This document shows positions 38,108-47,913 of a stretch of DNA of 64,000 bases, in pieces. The first letter of the stretch is position 1, and the number at the start of each line of letters is the position of its first letter. The translations under genes and the position numbers were made by a program. This stretch comes from a virus. Its lineage: Duplodnaviria; Caudoviricetes. The notes under the pieces were generated by a model. That model did not search any database. It was given only the letters and a program-made list of their open reading frames with translations, and was not told the DNA's origin. The stretch lies in IMG/VR virus record IMGVR_UViG_3300037067_018293, positions 1 through 64,000 of that record. The stretch is one strand, 5' to 3'.

Positions 38108-38382
38108 TAGACTTCCAGTATGATCAGTCAAGTGACGTGCTCTACATTAGTGATGGTGTTCCTCACCCCGCTTTGAGCGAAGAAATAGCCCCAGGCGTAC
38201 TACTTAGATTCGACACTGTTACCAATGATCCAACCGCAATAACAGTCTTGGATTTCCTGTCACATTTCATTCCACAAAATATTATTGCGACACTCTGTGA
38301 TTCTCGTATTCCATCTAATTTGGTCACGTTCCTACGTGACGTTTCACAAGAGCCAAATCTCCTTACTTCCTACACAAAATAA
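38104..38382 (+). CDS. DUF2283-like putative antitoxin
   Basis: FQYDQSSDVLYI...SEEIAPGVLLRFD...AITVLDF. Confidence 0.65.
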   Translation: MIDFQYDQSSDVLYISDGVPHPALSEEIAPGVLLRFDTVTNDPTAITVLDFLSHFIPQNIIATLCDSRIPSNLVTFLRDVSQEPNLLTSYTK

Positions 38383-38429
38383 ATTTTGACAAATATTACA
38401 CAAAAACAATATCATTTTTAACATTCTCG

Positions 38430-39206
38430 TCATCTAAATTTAGAATTAAAATAACTATCAATCGTTTTGACTCGCCGCTGCCAATCCGAAGCTTTCAATC
38501 CACTATATTTTCGTTCGACGGGCTTCAATGCTGTCGCCCCATTTTCATATACCAGTCGGAACGTGCCGGGGAACTCAAATAACGCAAGACTCTCTTTCGT
38601 GCCAGCGTAGAATAGTTTGTCCTCTAATTCAAACAATAGATATCTTTGCTCTCCGGCTGGTACTACATAATCCCCGACCATCGTGAACTTACGTGACGTC
38701 GTGGCGGGTCCTGCAAAACTAAGCAATGGACTTTTGAAAAGAAACATTACCAGCCCTTGATATTCTAGTTGTTTTATTAGTAGCGGTTTTTGAGAGCCAT
38801 TCGCCAGATCAACGATAATGCCTATTCTATAGGTATAGTTCGGCAATGCTTTATGCACGTCGGGTAGGATCGTGACCGCCTCGATTCTGCGGGTGAATAC
38901 CTTTACAGCATTACGCTCCCGCAGTTCTCTTCTTCGTCGCTCATCCTCTTTTACAGATATCCAGCACCGGCGTAGGGCAATCATAACACCAAGAACAGAG
39001 AGAATAAGGGCCGCTACTGATAGATGTTTTCGCCACCTAATACCTACCCGGCGTAAGTATTGTGGACGGTTTGGAACATCTAACAATTCAGGTGATGCTG
39101 GTTTCTTTTCCTCAACAATATCTTCGCTAGTCGGGGAGTTTGATTTCTGCAAATCCAATACAGGAATCTTTCTCTTCGATTGCAGTTCAAAGTAGACGAG
39201 GCTCAT
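38430..39206 (-). CDS. Single-TM hypothetical protein
   Basis: HLSVAALILSVLGVMIAL hydrophobic segment. Confidence 0.6.
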   Translation of the reverse strand: MSLVYFELQSKRKIPVLDLQKSNSPTSEDIVEEKKPASPELLDVPNRPQYLRRVGIRWRKHLSVAALILSVLGVMIALRRCWISVKEDERRRRELRERNAVKVFTRRIEAVTILPDVHKALPNYTYRIGIIVDLANGSQKPLLIKQLEYQGLVMFLFKSPLLSFAGPATTSRKFTMVGDYVVPAGEQRYLLFELEDKLFYAGTKESLALFEFPGTFRLVYENGATALKPVERKYSGLKASDWQRRVKTIDSYFNSKFR

Positions 39207-39237
39207 CGTCGATGTGCATAATTAGGGCGTAGCTGAG

Positions 39238-39471
39238 TCATCCCTTCGGAGGATGCGGATCGTTCCCTGGCGCCACCGTGTCCTTGCTGCGGATTTTTCC
39301 GTCTCGTCCCTTTATCGTAACGTCTCCACCGCCCTGCTGTTTCTCCATTGCCTTGGCGGCCTTGACGGCTTCGGCTTGTGTATCGTGTACACTGGAAGCT
39401 CTGTCTGAGTCGTTGCGTTTGTTTTCCCATGAACCGTCTGGCCGTCTGGATACCGTTCTACCTTTGGACAT
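39238..39471 (-). CDS. DUF2188-family protein (copy 1)
   Basis: DGSWENKR..RAS..HDTQAEAV..A...GG..V.IKGRDGKIR..DT...GNDP.PP.G. Confidence 0.85.
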   Translation of the reverse strand: MSKGRTVSRRPDGSWENKRNDSDRASSVHDTQAEAVKAAKAMEKQQGGGDVTIKGRDGKIRSKDTVAPGNDPHPPKG

Positions 39472-39487
39472 GCAGCACCTCTGCGCC

Positions 39488-39584
39488 GGCCTTGCCCCCA
39501 AAATACCCCCGTGGTGGGGTATTTTGGGGCAGCGGGCAGAATTATGGGGCAAGCGTTGCAACTGGTCGGTATGTCAATACATTC
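39488..39584. repeat. Transposon left end B
   Basis: Same TIR, palindrome and ATGTCAATACATTC motif as end A. Confidence 0.85.
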
Positions 39585-39772
39585 TCGGATTTCCTCACAA
39601 GACAACATCCGTGGTAAAACCTAGGAATAGCGGCCAGGACGTTATTCTTTAGTAGGACGGTAATGTTCTTGAGCGCACACCAATATTCTTAAATTTTCCA
39701 TATTCGGGCAAAACGGCATGGCACCCCGCCTTCATTTTTGCTACTCTGGACAAACCTAAAGAAAATCTGGAG

Positions 39773-40882
39773 ATGGCGAGAATGAATCCTCACGACGCAG
39801 CCCGTGCGGCCAGGAACAAAATTGTCAGCGGCGGGAAATTTGGATTGGTCCGTTCTGGGGCCGCTACTAAGTTGGACCATCCCTACGGAGAGCCCGCCGA
39901 CAAGCTATTCCGGCTGTGGGACGTCCTCGACGATAATAAATCGAGAAGAGATCCTATTCACTGTTCGCCCGATGCACCATTCATCCGATATATCGATTCT
40001 TGGTACGACTATCCGTTTATTGCACAGGCGAGACTTAACACTCCAACCTGGGAACAATATAACAAAAGCTGTCTAGTGCAGGTTGGTGCTTGTTGTGGTT
40101 TCAATTGCTGGCACTGTTACTTGGCACAAGACCACATAAGAGGCGTTTCAAACGACATGGAATTCCTTGAACCGCGCGAAATTGTTGACCGCTACTTGGA
40201 GGAACGCGAACACCAGAGCAACAAACAAGATTCATCGCCAATTGATTTGTTTAGGATTAGTGGTGGCGAACCATTTCTTGTACCTGATTTGATACTAGCG
40301 GTTTTGCAGGAACTGCGCCAACGAGGGCTCGACGACAAGATTTTCCTTTGGGCCGAAACGAACATGGCACCCCTATATAGAGACTTCGTAGGTGATCACA
40401 ACTTTCTGGATGACATACAGTTCGACTTGAAGAGCCTCGATGCGTTCAAAAACTTCGCACTGCATCCTTGCTTTCATGGAATCAGCAAGGACGACTACTT
40501 GAACAACACAGCACTGACCGATTTCACGTTTGATGGATTCCTACAGGCATTTGATCTGCTAGTTCAATCGGGCATTGATATTTATCCGACGTTCGGATCT
40601 AACGTCAACAAGCAATTATCCGTCGAACCCTTCTATAACGCCGTCAAAGCTATCAGCCCCGAAGCACCCAAGCGGTTCGCTCTGATAGAGTACAAGAGTG
40701 GCTACGAAACAGTGCAAGACCGCTTGAAAATGAATTCTGGAACCGGAGCCTTAGAGAAGGCCGCCAAACTGATCAATATCGTCGGCCAGAAGAACCAAGT
40801 CATTGAGACGTGGGATCGACTTCTGAAGGCCGACTTCGGAGCTGGCTATCCAGTGGCACCTAGACACGAGGTGACGTTATGA
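39773..40882 (+). CDS. Radical SAM protein
   Basis: CGFNCWHC (CxxxCxxC), FRISGGEP, WAETN. Confidence 0.85.
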   Translation: MARMNPHDAARAARNKIVSGGKFGLVRSGAATKLDHPYGEPADKLFRLWDVLDDNKSRRDPIHCSPDAPFIRYIDSWYDYPFIAQARLNTPTWEQYNKSCLVQVGACCGFNCWHCYLAQDHIRGVSNDMEFLEPREIVDRYLEEREHQSNKQDSSPIDLFRISGGEPFLVPDLILAVLQELRQRGLDDKIFLWAETNMAPLYRDFVGDHNFLDDIQFDLKSLDAFKNFALHPCFHGISKDDYLNNTALTDFTFDGFLQAFDLLVQSGIDIYPTFGSNVNKQLSVEPFYNAVKAISPEAPKRFALIEYKSGYETVQDRLKMNSGTGALEKAAKLINIVGQKNQVIETWDRLLKADFGAGYPVAPRHEVTL

Positions 40883-42078
40883 CATCAACCAATGAATGCA
40901 AAATTCTTCTCTTTAAGAATTTCTATTATAATAGTTTTGCGAATAAAATTCAAGAGTATATGAGCCTTCCTTTGGGCTTCTATTGCGAATACTCAGCGCC
41001 AGACGAGTACTTTGTTTCCCAAGATATAGACAGTCTGGCAAAGGGTAACCTCAATGGAGCCGAAGTCTGGATCTGCTGTACGCAGTATCCACATAAGGAC
41101 CAATCCATATCAACACAGAATATTGATACCATGCTAGACTCTCGCGTGCGGTTTGTACCGCTGAGAAAAGCAACATTGCTGAGTTCTGTTCACAATAAAG
41201 ACGCGAAAAAGGTTACGTTATCTTTATGTCTAGGAGGTTATCTAAAATGCAATGATTGTACGCAGTTCACTAGGTCTTTATTTCTCAGTGATACTGCGAA
41301 GGCAAACCTTCCCGTGTACTACAAATGCAGTACCGATGCGCAGGATACGCGATTTAGCGTTTGCTACCTTCTTGAAAAGGCGAATCAGCAATATAACGAT
41401 CTCAGTGAAATCGTTGAAGAGAACGATGCCTCAGAAAACTCGTTTGAGGCCGCAGTAAAGATGCTGAGAGATAACAAGCTTAGTACTCCTGAATCTATTG
41501 CATTAGATTATTACATATTCTACAAGATGAACTTCAAGGACACTGATGGTAAATCACTTGTCTTCAATACAAAAACAAAAAATATGGTCGTATCAGCGAG
41601 TAAATCCTTAGTCCTAGACATGCATATTGATGCAACTTCCAGTGAATACTCACACGTGGCGTCAACAAACACGCTAGACGTTCTCGATGATATGAAACCA
41701 CTTGTGGAAATCGAAATAGATTCTCGCTCCAGTGGGCATCTAATAATAAAAACGGCGACCATCGTAGTAACGTCTGATGCAGCAAAAGCAAAACTGGTAG
41801 TAAGATCAAAGCGACGTGATATGAAAAGTTACTCCAAATACTTGCCGGATGATTTTAGGTGCTTTGGTAACATGGAGTTGAATCTCGCAGTTCACAAAAG
41901 GGTACGGTGGGCCTCGGTTCTTAGTTCTGGTCTCGGGCGCCTGGCTGTATGGTCTGCCATTTCTATTGCATTATTCAAAGAGAGCTTAGATATGCATATG
42001 AATTGGCTACCTTGTACAATTGTTGCCGTAGGCATTATTGACGTTCTGTTTTCTTCATATCGAGAACTACGTTCTTGA
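40879..42078 (+). CDS. Hypothetical protein with C-terminal two-TM tail
   Basis: ATGA-coupled to the radical SAM gene; hydrophobic LAVWSAISIALF and WLPCTIVAVGIIDVLF. Confidence 0.65.
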   Translation: MTSTNECKILLFKNFYYNSFANKIQEYMSLPLGFYCEYSAPDEYFVSQDIDSLAKGNLNGAEVWICCTQYPHKDQSISTQNIDTMLDSRVRFVPLRKATLLSSVHNKDAKKVTLSLCLGGYLKCNDCTQFTRSLFLSDTAKANLPVYYKCSTDAQDTRFSVCYLLEKANQQYNDLSEIVEENDASENSFEAAVKMLRDNKLSTPESIALDYYIFYKMNFKDTDGKSLVFNTKTKNMVVSASKSLVLDMHIDATSSEYSHVASTNTLDVLDDMKPLVEIEIDSRSSGHLIIKTATIVVTSDAAKAKLVVRSKRRDMKSYSKYLPDDFRCFGNMELNLAVHKRVRWASVLSSGLGRLAVWSAISIALFKESLDMHMNWLPCTIVAVGIIDVLFSSYRELRS

Positions 42079-42117
42079 GAAGTAATTACAGGCCATGCCT
42101 CAGTGTTTGGTTTCAGA

Positions 42118-43332
42118 TCAGGCTGAGCAAACACACGCGGGCGATGCTTTGGGTTTGTCCTTGCTTCGGCAAGGCAAACACCAAGATTGGTCATAAGCCT
42201 CGCCATCCACCACCCTTTCGCCAAAGTCTTCCATGAAATAAAATACATGATATCCTGCCATCGTCGAACAATGAGGACAGGATTTAATTGCTCGACCGTC
42301 TATGTTTCGATGCAGAGATCGGTCCAGCCTCTCGCCGCAAAACGAGCAACTTGCTCCGATAGAGTCTCCACAATTCTCCATTTCACTCCTCCTTGGTGTG
42401 CTCTTTCTTTTGAAGGCTGCTGCGTGACCGTAGGCAATGGCCTGAGCCAGCAAAGCGTCGTTCATTCCTGGAAGAGATCTGGCTCGTCGATACTCCTCTT
42501 GTGCATCAACAGCAGAGAACAGAGTGTTGTCAGTGCAGACGCACGCGCGTATCCCACGTCGAAGCCATTTCGGCAGAGGATGGGTCGATAAGTCTGGTAT
42601 AGCCCCGACGTGCCAATTAGAGGTGATGTTGGCCTCTAGGGTTACGCCACGGGCAAGGACGAGATTTACGATGTCGGGATCATTCAGTACTGTGGTGCCA
42701 TGACCAATACGGTCTGCATGGAGTAGCTTGATGGCCATAAATATTTCGCCAGGAGGACGCCCCTCGCTGGCGTGAACGGTGCGCCCAAGACCTGTATCCC
42801 GTGCCATCGTAAAAGGTTCTACATAGTCCTGCAGGCGATAGACGTGCCCCTTGGCCGGTCCACCAGCTAGGTCAATGCCTACTACCCCAGGTCGTGACTT
42901 GGCCACTAATACGAGGTCCGTTAACACTGTAGGTGGCTCACCGTACAGCCCGCATAGCACCAGCCCAGCCCTGCCGTCTATGCCTTCAATCGCCGCATCG
43001 ACAATTTCGGCTGGCGTCGCGCCTCGGTGAAGCTGGGGAGCGAAACGGATCTCCAGCGTGGTGACGCCCTCGGCAGCGGCATCTTCGCAGATATCTGCCG
43101 CCACACGCTTCACAGCATCTGGTTGCTGCAGTACAGACAGGGTGAGAGTGAAGCAGGCGAGAGCATCGGCCAGGCCCATGCCTGGAAGAAATACAAGGTT
43201 GGCTGGCACTGCGATGCCCAGGTGCGCGGCCAGATCGTCGAGCGTGGTGCGGCGAAGTGACCCGTCCAGATGCCGATGCAGATCGGCAAGTCCGATCGGC
43301 GAGTTGGCTTCAATCGGCACAATCTGATCCAC
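42118..43332 (-). CDS. add: Adenosine deaminase with C-terminal Cys-rich extension
   Basis: DLHRHLDGS, EIRFAPQ, TVHASE, RIGHG, CTDN. Confidence 0.9.
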   Translation of the reverse strand: MDQIVPIEANSPIGLADLHRHLDGSLRRTTLDDLAAHLGIAVPANLVFLPGMGLADALACFTLTLSVLQQPDAVKRVAADICEDAAAEGVTTLEIRFAPQLHRGATPAEIVDAAIEGIDGRAGLVLCGLYGEPPTVLTDLVLVAKSRPGVVGIDLAGGPAKGHVYRLQDYVEPFTMARDTGLGRTVHASEGRPPGEIFMAIKLLHADRIGHGTTVLNDPDIVNLVLARGVTLEANITSNWHVGAIPDLSTHPLPKWLRRGIRACVCTDNTLFSAVDAQEEYRRARSLPGMNDALLAQAIAYGHAAAFKRKSTPRRSEMENCGDSIGASCSFCGERLDRSLHRNIDGRAIKSCPHCSTMAGYHVFYFMEDFGERVVDGEAYDQSWCLPCRSKDKPKASPACVCSA

Positions 43333-43360
43333 TGCTCATTATCCCTGATATCCTTGATAA

Positions 43361-43594
43361 CTACCCCTTTGGAGGATGGGGATCGTTCCCTGGTGCGACC
43401 GTGTCCTTGCTGCGGATTTTTCCGTCTCGTCCCTTTATCGTAACCTCCCCGCCACCCTGCTGTTTCTCCATCGCCTTCGCGGCTTTGATCGCCTCGGCCT
43501 GGGTGTCATGAACGCTTGACGCCTTGTTGGCATCGTTCCGCTTGTTTTGCCAGGAGCCGTCCGGCCGTCTGGATACCGTTCTACCTTTGGACAT
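43361..43594 (-). CDS. DUF2188-family protein (copy 2)
   Basis: Near-identical to 39238-39471. Confidence 0.85.
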   Translation of the reverse strand: MSKGRTVSRRPDGSWQNKRNDANKASSVHDTQAEAIKAAKAMEKQQGGGEVTIKGRDGKIRSKDTVAPGNDPHPPKG

Positions 43595-43836
43595 GCATCA
43601 CCTCTGCGCCACTGAAACGTGACGAGTTACCCGGTACGGTACAGCCGTTCAGTAATGGTGTCCACTTTATTTTTTCGCCAGATCTGGCTCCGGGCATTGT
43701 GGCGGTATCTTAGGGTGATTTTGTACTTCGCGGGAACGGAACGGTCTGAACTGCCCCTCGCCCGTGATAAACTGGCTCATGCGATGCGGACAGAATTCAT
43801 GCAACGAGCGTGTCACTGGGCGCGCAACGCAACCCT

Positions 43837-44730
43837 TCACTGCGTCGGTAGCTTTAGCCAAGCTGCGAATTCGGATCGTAGTTTCGATAGTTCTTTATTA
43901 TTTTTGCCTATGCCATTTGCCTTGCGCTCAATATCTTTGACACAAGCAGGACTGTATGGATCCTTCTTAAAGCACGGTGATGAGTCTTTCATTTTTGTCC
44001 CAACAAAATAAAAGAAGAAAAGAACCGACAGTTCATTATCAGAACCTTTCCATTTGGCTCTGCCCTCAAACCAGAGATCAATGACCTTTACGGATAATGA
44101 ATAAACTTGCTGTAAAATCTCATCACCAAAAGAGCAGCCACCAAACGCTGGGGTCATCAATTGAACGCCTAGACCCATGCAGAACAAAGTGACGTCATCG
44201 CCTCGTTTGAGTTCTTTTGCCTTTGCTACGCTGTCCTTCCCAAGATACGCCTGTACCTCCCGCAGGAAGTCGTGACCCTTCAGTGACACGTATACATTGC
44301 CCTTCATGTCTCGCTTAATCGCGGTGATGGGACCCGAAAGTCTCACAGCCTTGCTTTTGTACTTCTCATCCGCCGATACTTCATTGTCGCGGTATTCTTT
44401 CGAGACGTCACGGCTCGTGGCCTCCACCTGGATATTCATTATGGTATTCCACTTGATTGCGGTCTCGTTACAATCAACTGTGTAGCTTTTTAGATCCTCC
44501 CAAATTACTGCCTTCAGAATTTTCAAACCCTTTTCGCTAATGTTGGGCTTATGTACGATAGGAGTGACGATGGGAGCACTCTGTCTGACTGCGGGCTTGT
44601 GCTTCAGCTTGCTTTGGGTAGGTTTAGTTTCATCGCATGATATTGGCATCGATAAAACCAAGGCAATCAAATATGTGACCAGACGCCCAATGACCGAATG
44701 AATCGTCATGGATCGTTGTACTCTTGGTTT
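43837..44730 (-). CDS. Secreted/lipoprotein with tRNA_anti-like OB fold
   Basis: Hydrophobic N-terminus ending ..ISC; YRDNEVSADEKYKSK..LSG.I..I...VYVSL. Start uncertain. Confidence 0.65.
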   Translation of the reverse strand, partial: KPRVQRSMTIHSVIGRLVTYLIALVLSMPISCDETKPTQSKLKHKPAVRQSAPIVTPIVHKPNISEKGLKILKAVIWEDLKSYTVDCNETAIKWNTIMNIQVEATSRDVSKEYRDNEVSADEKYKSKAVRLSGPITAIKRDMKGNVYVSLKGHDFLREVQAYLGKDSVAKAKELKRGDDVTLFCMGLGVQLMTPAFGGCSFGDEILQQVYSLSVKVIDLWFEGRAKWKGSDNELSVLFFFYFVGTKMKDSSPCFKKDPYSPACVKDIERKANGIGKNNKELSKLRSEFAAWLKLPTQ

Positions 44731-44784
44731 CATCGTCCTATCAAGCCTCACTATATCCCAGGTTCCCTTGGCCTCTCTTGAACC

Positions 44785-47589
44785 TTACTCCTGAGACCAC
44801 AGCGACGGTCCGATGGATTCCCCAGATGTATATTTCTCGTAGAGGGAAAACAAGTGTTCCAGCCGATCTCTGTCGCTGTTGAATTTCCTTTTGCGGTAGC
44901 AGCGGTCTACCGCGCGGTCTAGCTTGCGATGGGCCTTCTGTAAAGCCGTGGGCATCGTAAGAGGGTCGTAGAGGTCTGCCAGACAAGCATCAGGGAAAAA
45001 CGATTCTCTGCAGTCTAAAACCGCCTGTGCAGCGTTCTCAACATCCTGTTTCATTTCATCCGGAACATCTTTGGGCCACGGGAAATTGTTGTATACGATC
45101 TCGGCCGAGTATCTGAACCTACTTTCCAATCTGCCACAAACACTCGATACCCAAGACATGTGCATCAGCGAAGACATTATTCCAAATACAAATACAGACG
45201 CATTAGGCACCATCATATTTGCGTCGCCACAGATAACTTCAGATTCCATGAATCCCAAGGGAATATATATGCGGTTTTCTCCCGTGTGCCTTGGAACCAA
45301 AAGGTACTTGCTTTCAGGCTGACGTATTTCCCCGAATAAATAGGGAGTTGCAGCTAGTTTTTGAGTACCCTTCCGTTTACTGTTCTGTCGCACTTCGCGA
45401 CACCGATCAATACATTGTTTGATTGGCAATATATCGCGAAAGGACGATGGGTTTTCCTTATACAACCAGATGCACCATCGTTTCTTATTATACAAGAATT
45501 CATCAACTTGAACGAATGCTCTTATGAAACGCGCTGCCCGAGGATCCGCATCAAGCATTTCTTTTCTGGTAGCGGAATCAAGCAGTAATGCCCCCCCATC
45601 ATTGGGCATGGAGCCAAAGACCATTTCAGGAACATTTTCTAAGAGGGGCGTTGAGCGTTTACTAATAAGAACATTTGACGCACCAACTAGATATGGATTT
45701 ATGTTCTCTGCAGGAATGGGATGTGCTTCTGGATTAGCTCCATCGTATTCGTATATTGTCTTATTATTTGATTCCAAATTACTAAAACCAATAATCACTA
45801 CATGAACGTGAGCCTTTCCTTTTGCATCGCTTTCCCACGGGAAAGTGCGATGTGCGAACGTAATATGGACATTGTATTTATTGAATAGGCGCTTCCACAG
45901 TACACCGGGTTGTTCACCTTGCGTTATGGAACTGGTAGAAACAAATGCTACCTTCGTCTTAGTCCCATATATGTACTTTGCGGCTGTCTCGTACCATGCA
46001 CATACATAATCTAGTACGCCAGCGCCATCAACGCCTGAGAACACTCTAGTCATATCCTCGGTTTGTTGAGTTGTACGTGCCTTCTTTCCGACAAACGGTG
46101 GGTTACTCAGGATGTAGGAGCATTCTTCTACAGGCAATAAATCATTCCAATCGATCTCCAGGGCATTGTCGCAGATGATCCGGGGGCTGCTCTTGAGGGG
46201 CAGGCGTTCAAAGCTCTGGCCGAATTTTTCAGACGCATCCTGGTTCATCTGGTGGTCCATCAACCACATCGCGACTTCCGCGATCTTGGTAGGCCACTCA
46301 AGAATTTCGATCCCATAGAACTGATCAATGTCGACCTGGACGGCCGTCCTTAGCTCAAGGACTCGCTGGCTCGTTCGTTTGTCACTTTGGCGCTCGAATA
46401 AAACGTCGTGCTCAAGGGAGCGCAGCTCCCGGTACGCGACGATGAGGAAGTTGCCGCAACCACACGCCGGGTCAAGGAACCGAAGGGAGCGGAGATAATT
46501 TTGAAACGACTCTAGTGCCTTAAGCCGACGCGAGGAACGATCTTCCCTGATGGTTTCAAACTTGGCGCGCAGCCGCCGTAGAAATAGGCTATCGATCACC
46601 CGCATGATGTCGCGCTCACTGGTGTAGTGAGCCCCTAACTGCCTTCGTTCCCCCTTCTCCATGACGCCTTGGAAAAGGCTACCGAAGACCGCAGGAGAGA
46701 TCCTCGCCCAGTGGAAATGCGCCGCTTCGATCAAAGCGGTACGCATCGCGCGAGTAAAAGAAGCAAAACCAATCCTGTCGGCAAAAAGCTGGCCGTTCAC
46801 GTACGGTAGGGCGGCCAGTTCATCGGACAGGTTTTTCTGGCGCCGAGTGGACGGCGTGTTCAGGACCTCGAAGAACTCGTTGAGCTTGGCGCCAAGGTCA
46901 GCGCCGTCTTTTCTGGTGCTACTTTCTACAAACGCGACGAAAGCGTTAGGTTCAAAAATGCCCGTATCCTCGGCGAAGAGACAAAACAGGATCCTGACGA
47001 GGAGTTTCTCTAGATCCTGACCTTCAAACCCACCGTCGCGCAACTGGTCGTGCAGTTCGCACATAAGCTGGTAGGCTTTTTGATTTGCAGGATCCTCGGG
47101 CTTGGGACGAACGACCCGCTCACCACGAATAAATCCAAACTCCCGGACGTGACGGTGAAGGTCCTGAAGATCGAACTCTGAAACTGGGAGATTCCTATCT
47201 TCCTGTTCTTCACGTTCGAGGTCGTAAATAGCAAAGCGCGCGAAGTCTGAAACCACGATGTAGCGCGGGCTCTCGTCATCCCGACCTTCTCGGGCGAGAT
47301 CTTGGATATATTGGAAAGCTTGTGACGCCGCAGCGTCCAGCCGTTTTCCTTTGCTTTTATGCTCTACTAACAGGACACCACGCCAGAACAGATCGATCCG
47401 ATTATACTTGCCGCGAATATTCTTGATCGGCTCCTCGAAGCTCGCGACTACTCTGCGTTCTTTTCCAAATATTTTGAAAAATGCGTTCCAGAAACTTTGG
47501 CTCTCGCCACTTTCATTTTCTACCCCCTCCCAGCTCTTGGAGAATTCGATGGCCTTGGTCTTGATTTCTTTCCAGCTCAGTTGCGGCAT
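44785..47589 (-). CDS. MmeI/YeeA-like type IIL restriction-modification enzyme
   Basis: LSWKEIK...ESQSFWNAFF, RIDLF...VEHKS nuclease, LDPACGCGNFL, ILSNPPFVG, TRD with CGRLESRFRYS. Confidence 0.9.
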   Translation of the reverse strand: MPQLSWKEIKTKAIEFSKSWEGVENESGESQSFWNAFFKIFGKERRVVASFEEPIKNIRGKYNRIDLFWRGVLLVEHKSKGKRLDAAASQAFQYIQDLAREGRDDESPRYIVVSDFARFAIYDLEREEQEDRNLPVSEFDLQDLHRHVREFGFIRGERVVRPKPEDPANQKAYQLMCELHDQLRDGGFEGQDLEKLLVRILFCLFAEDTGIFEPNAFVAFVESSTRKDGADLGAKLNEFFEVLNTPSTRRQKNLSDELAALPYVNGQLFADRIGFASFTRAMRTALIEAAHFHWARISPAVFGSLFQGVMEKGERRQLGAHYTSERDIMRVIDSLFLRRLRAKFETIREDRSSRRLKALESFQNYLRSLRFLDPACGCGNFLIVAYRELRSLEHDVLFERQSDKRTSQRVLELRTAVQVDIDQFYGIEILEWPTKIAEVAMWLMDHQMNQDASEKFGQSFERLPLKSSPRIICDNALEIDWNDLLPVEECSYILSNPPFVGKKARTTQQTEDMTRVFSGVDGAGVLDYVCAWYETAAKYIYGTKTKVAFVSTSSITQGEQPGVLWKRLFNKYNVHITFAHRTFPWESDAKGKAHVHVVIIGFSNLESNNKTIYEYDGANPEAHPIPAENINPYLVGASNVLISKRSTPLLENVPEMVFGSMPNDGGALLLDSATRKEMLDADPRAARFIRAFVQVDEFLYNKKRWCIWLYKENPSSFRDILPIKQCIDRCREVRQNSKRKGTQKLAATPYLFGEIRQPESKYLLVPRHTGENRIYIPLGFMESEVICGDANMMVPNASVFVFGIMSSLMHMSWVSSVCGRLESRFRYSAEIVYNNFPWPKDVPDEMKQDVENAAQAVLDCRESFFPDACLADLYDPLTMPTALQKAHRKLDRAVDRCYRKRKFNSDRDRLEHLFSLYEKYTSGESIGPSLWSQE

Positions 47590-47913
47590 GGTCCTGAGAC
47601 GCCGAAGGACGGCTGCTCCTTGACCCGTAGGTCTACCATGCTGCTCGTGATCCTCGCAACGCTTCCGCAGGGCTAACATTCGTCACCTCGGGTTGTTGGT
47701 CTCTGGATGTGTTTTACCGACGATCCTGACCAACACCTATTTTGTTATCGGCGGTTCCGAGGACTGGTTGCGCTCCTTTCTGCACGGGCTGCCAATGCCC
47801 TTGCCCCAAGGTGCACTCTGGGGTCTTTTCCTTGTCGCGAGCATCTGCGGAGCAGTCCTGACGGTAAAACCTTACTGTGGTACCATGGGCAGCCTCACGA
47901 GAGGAGCGTGCCC

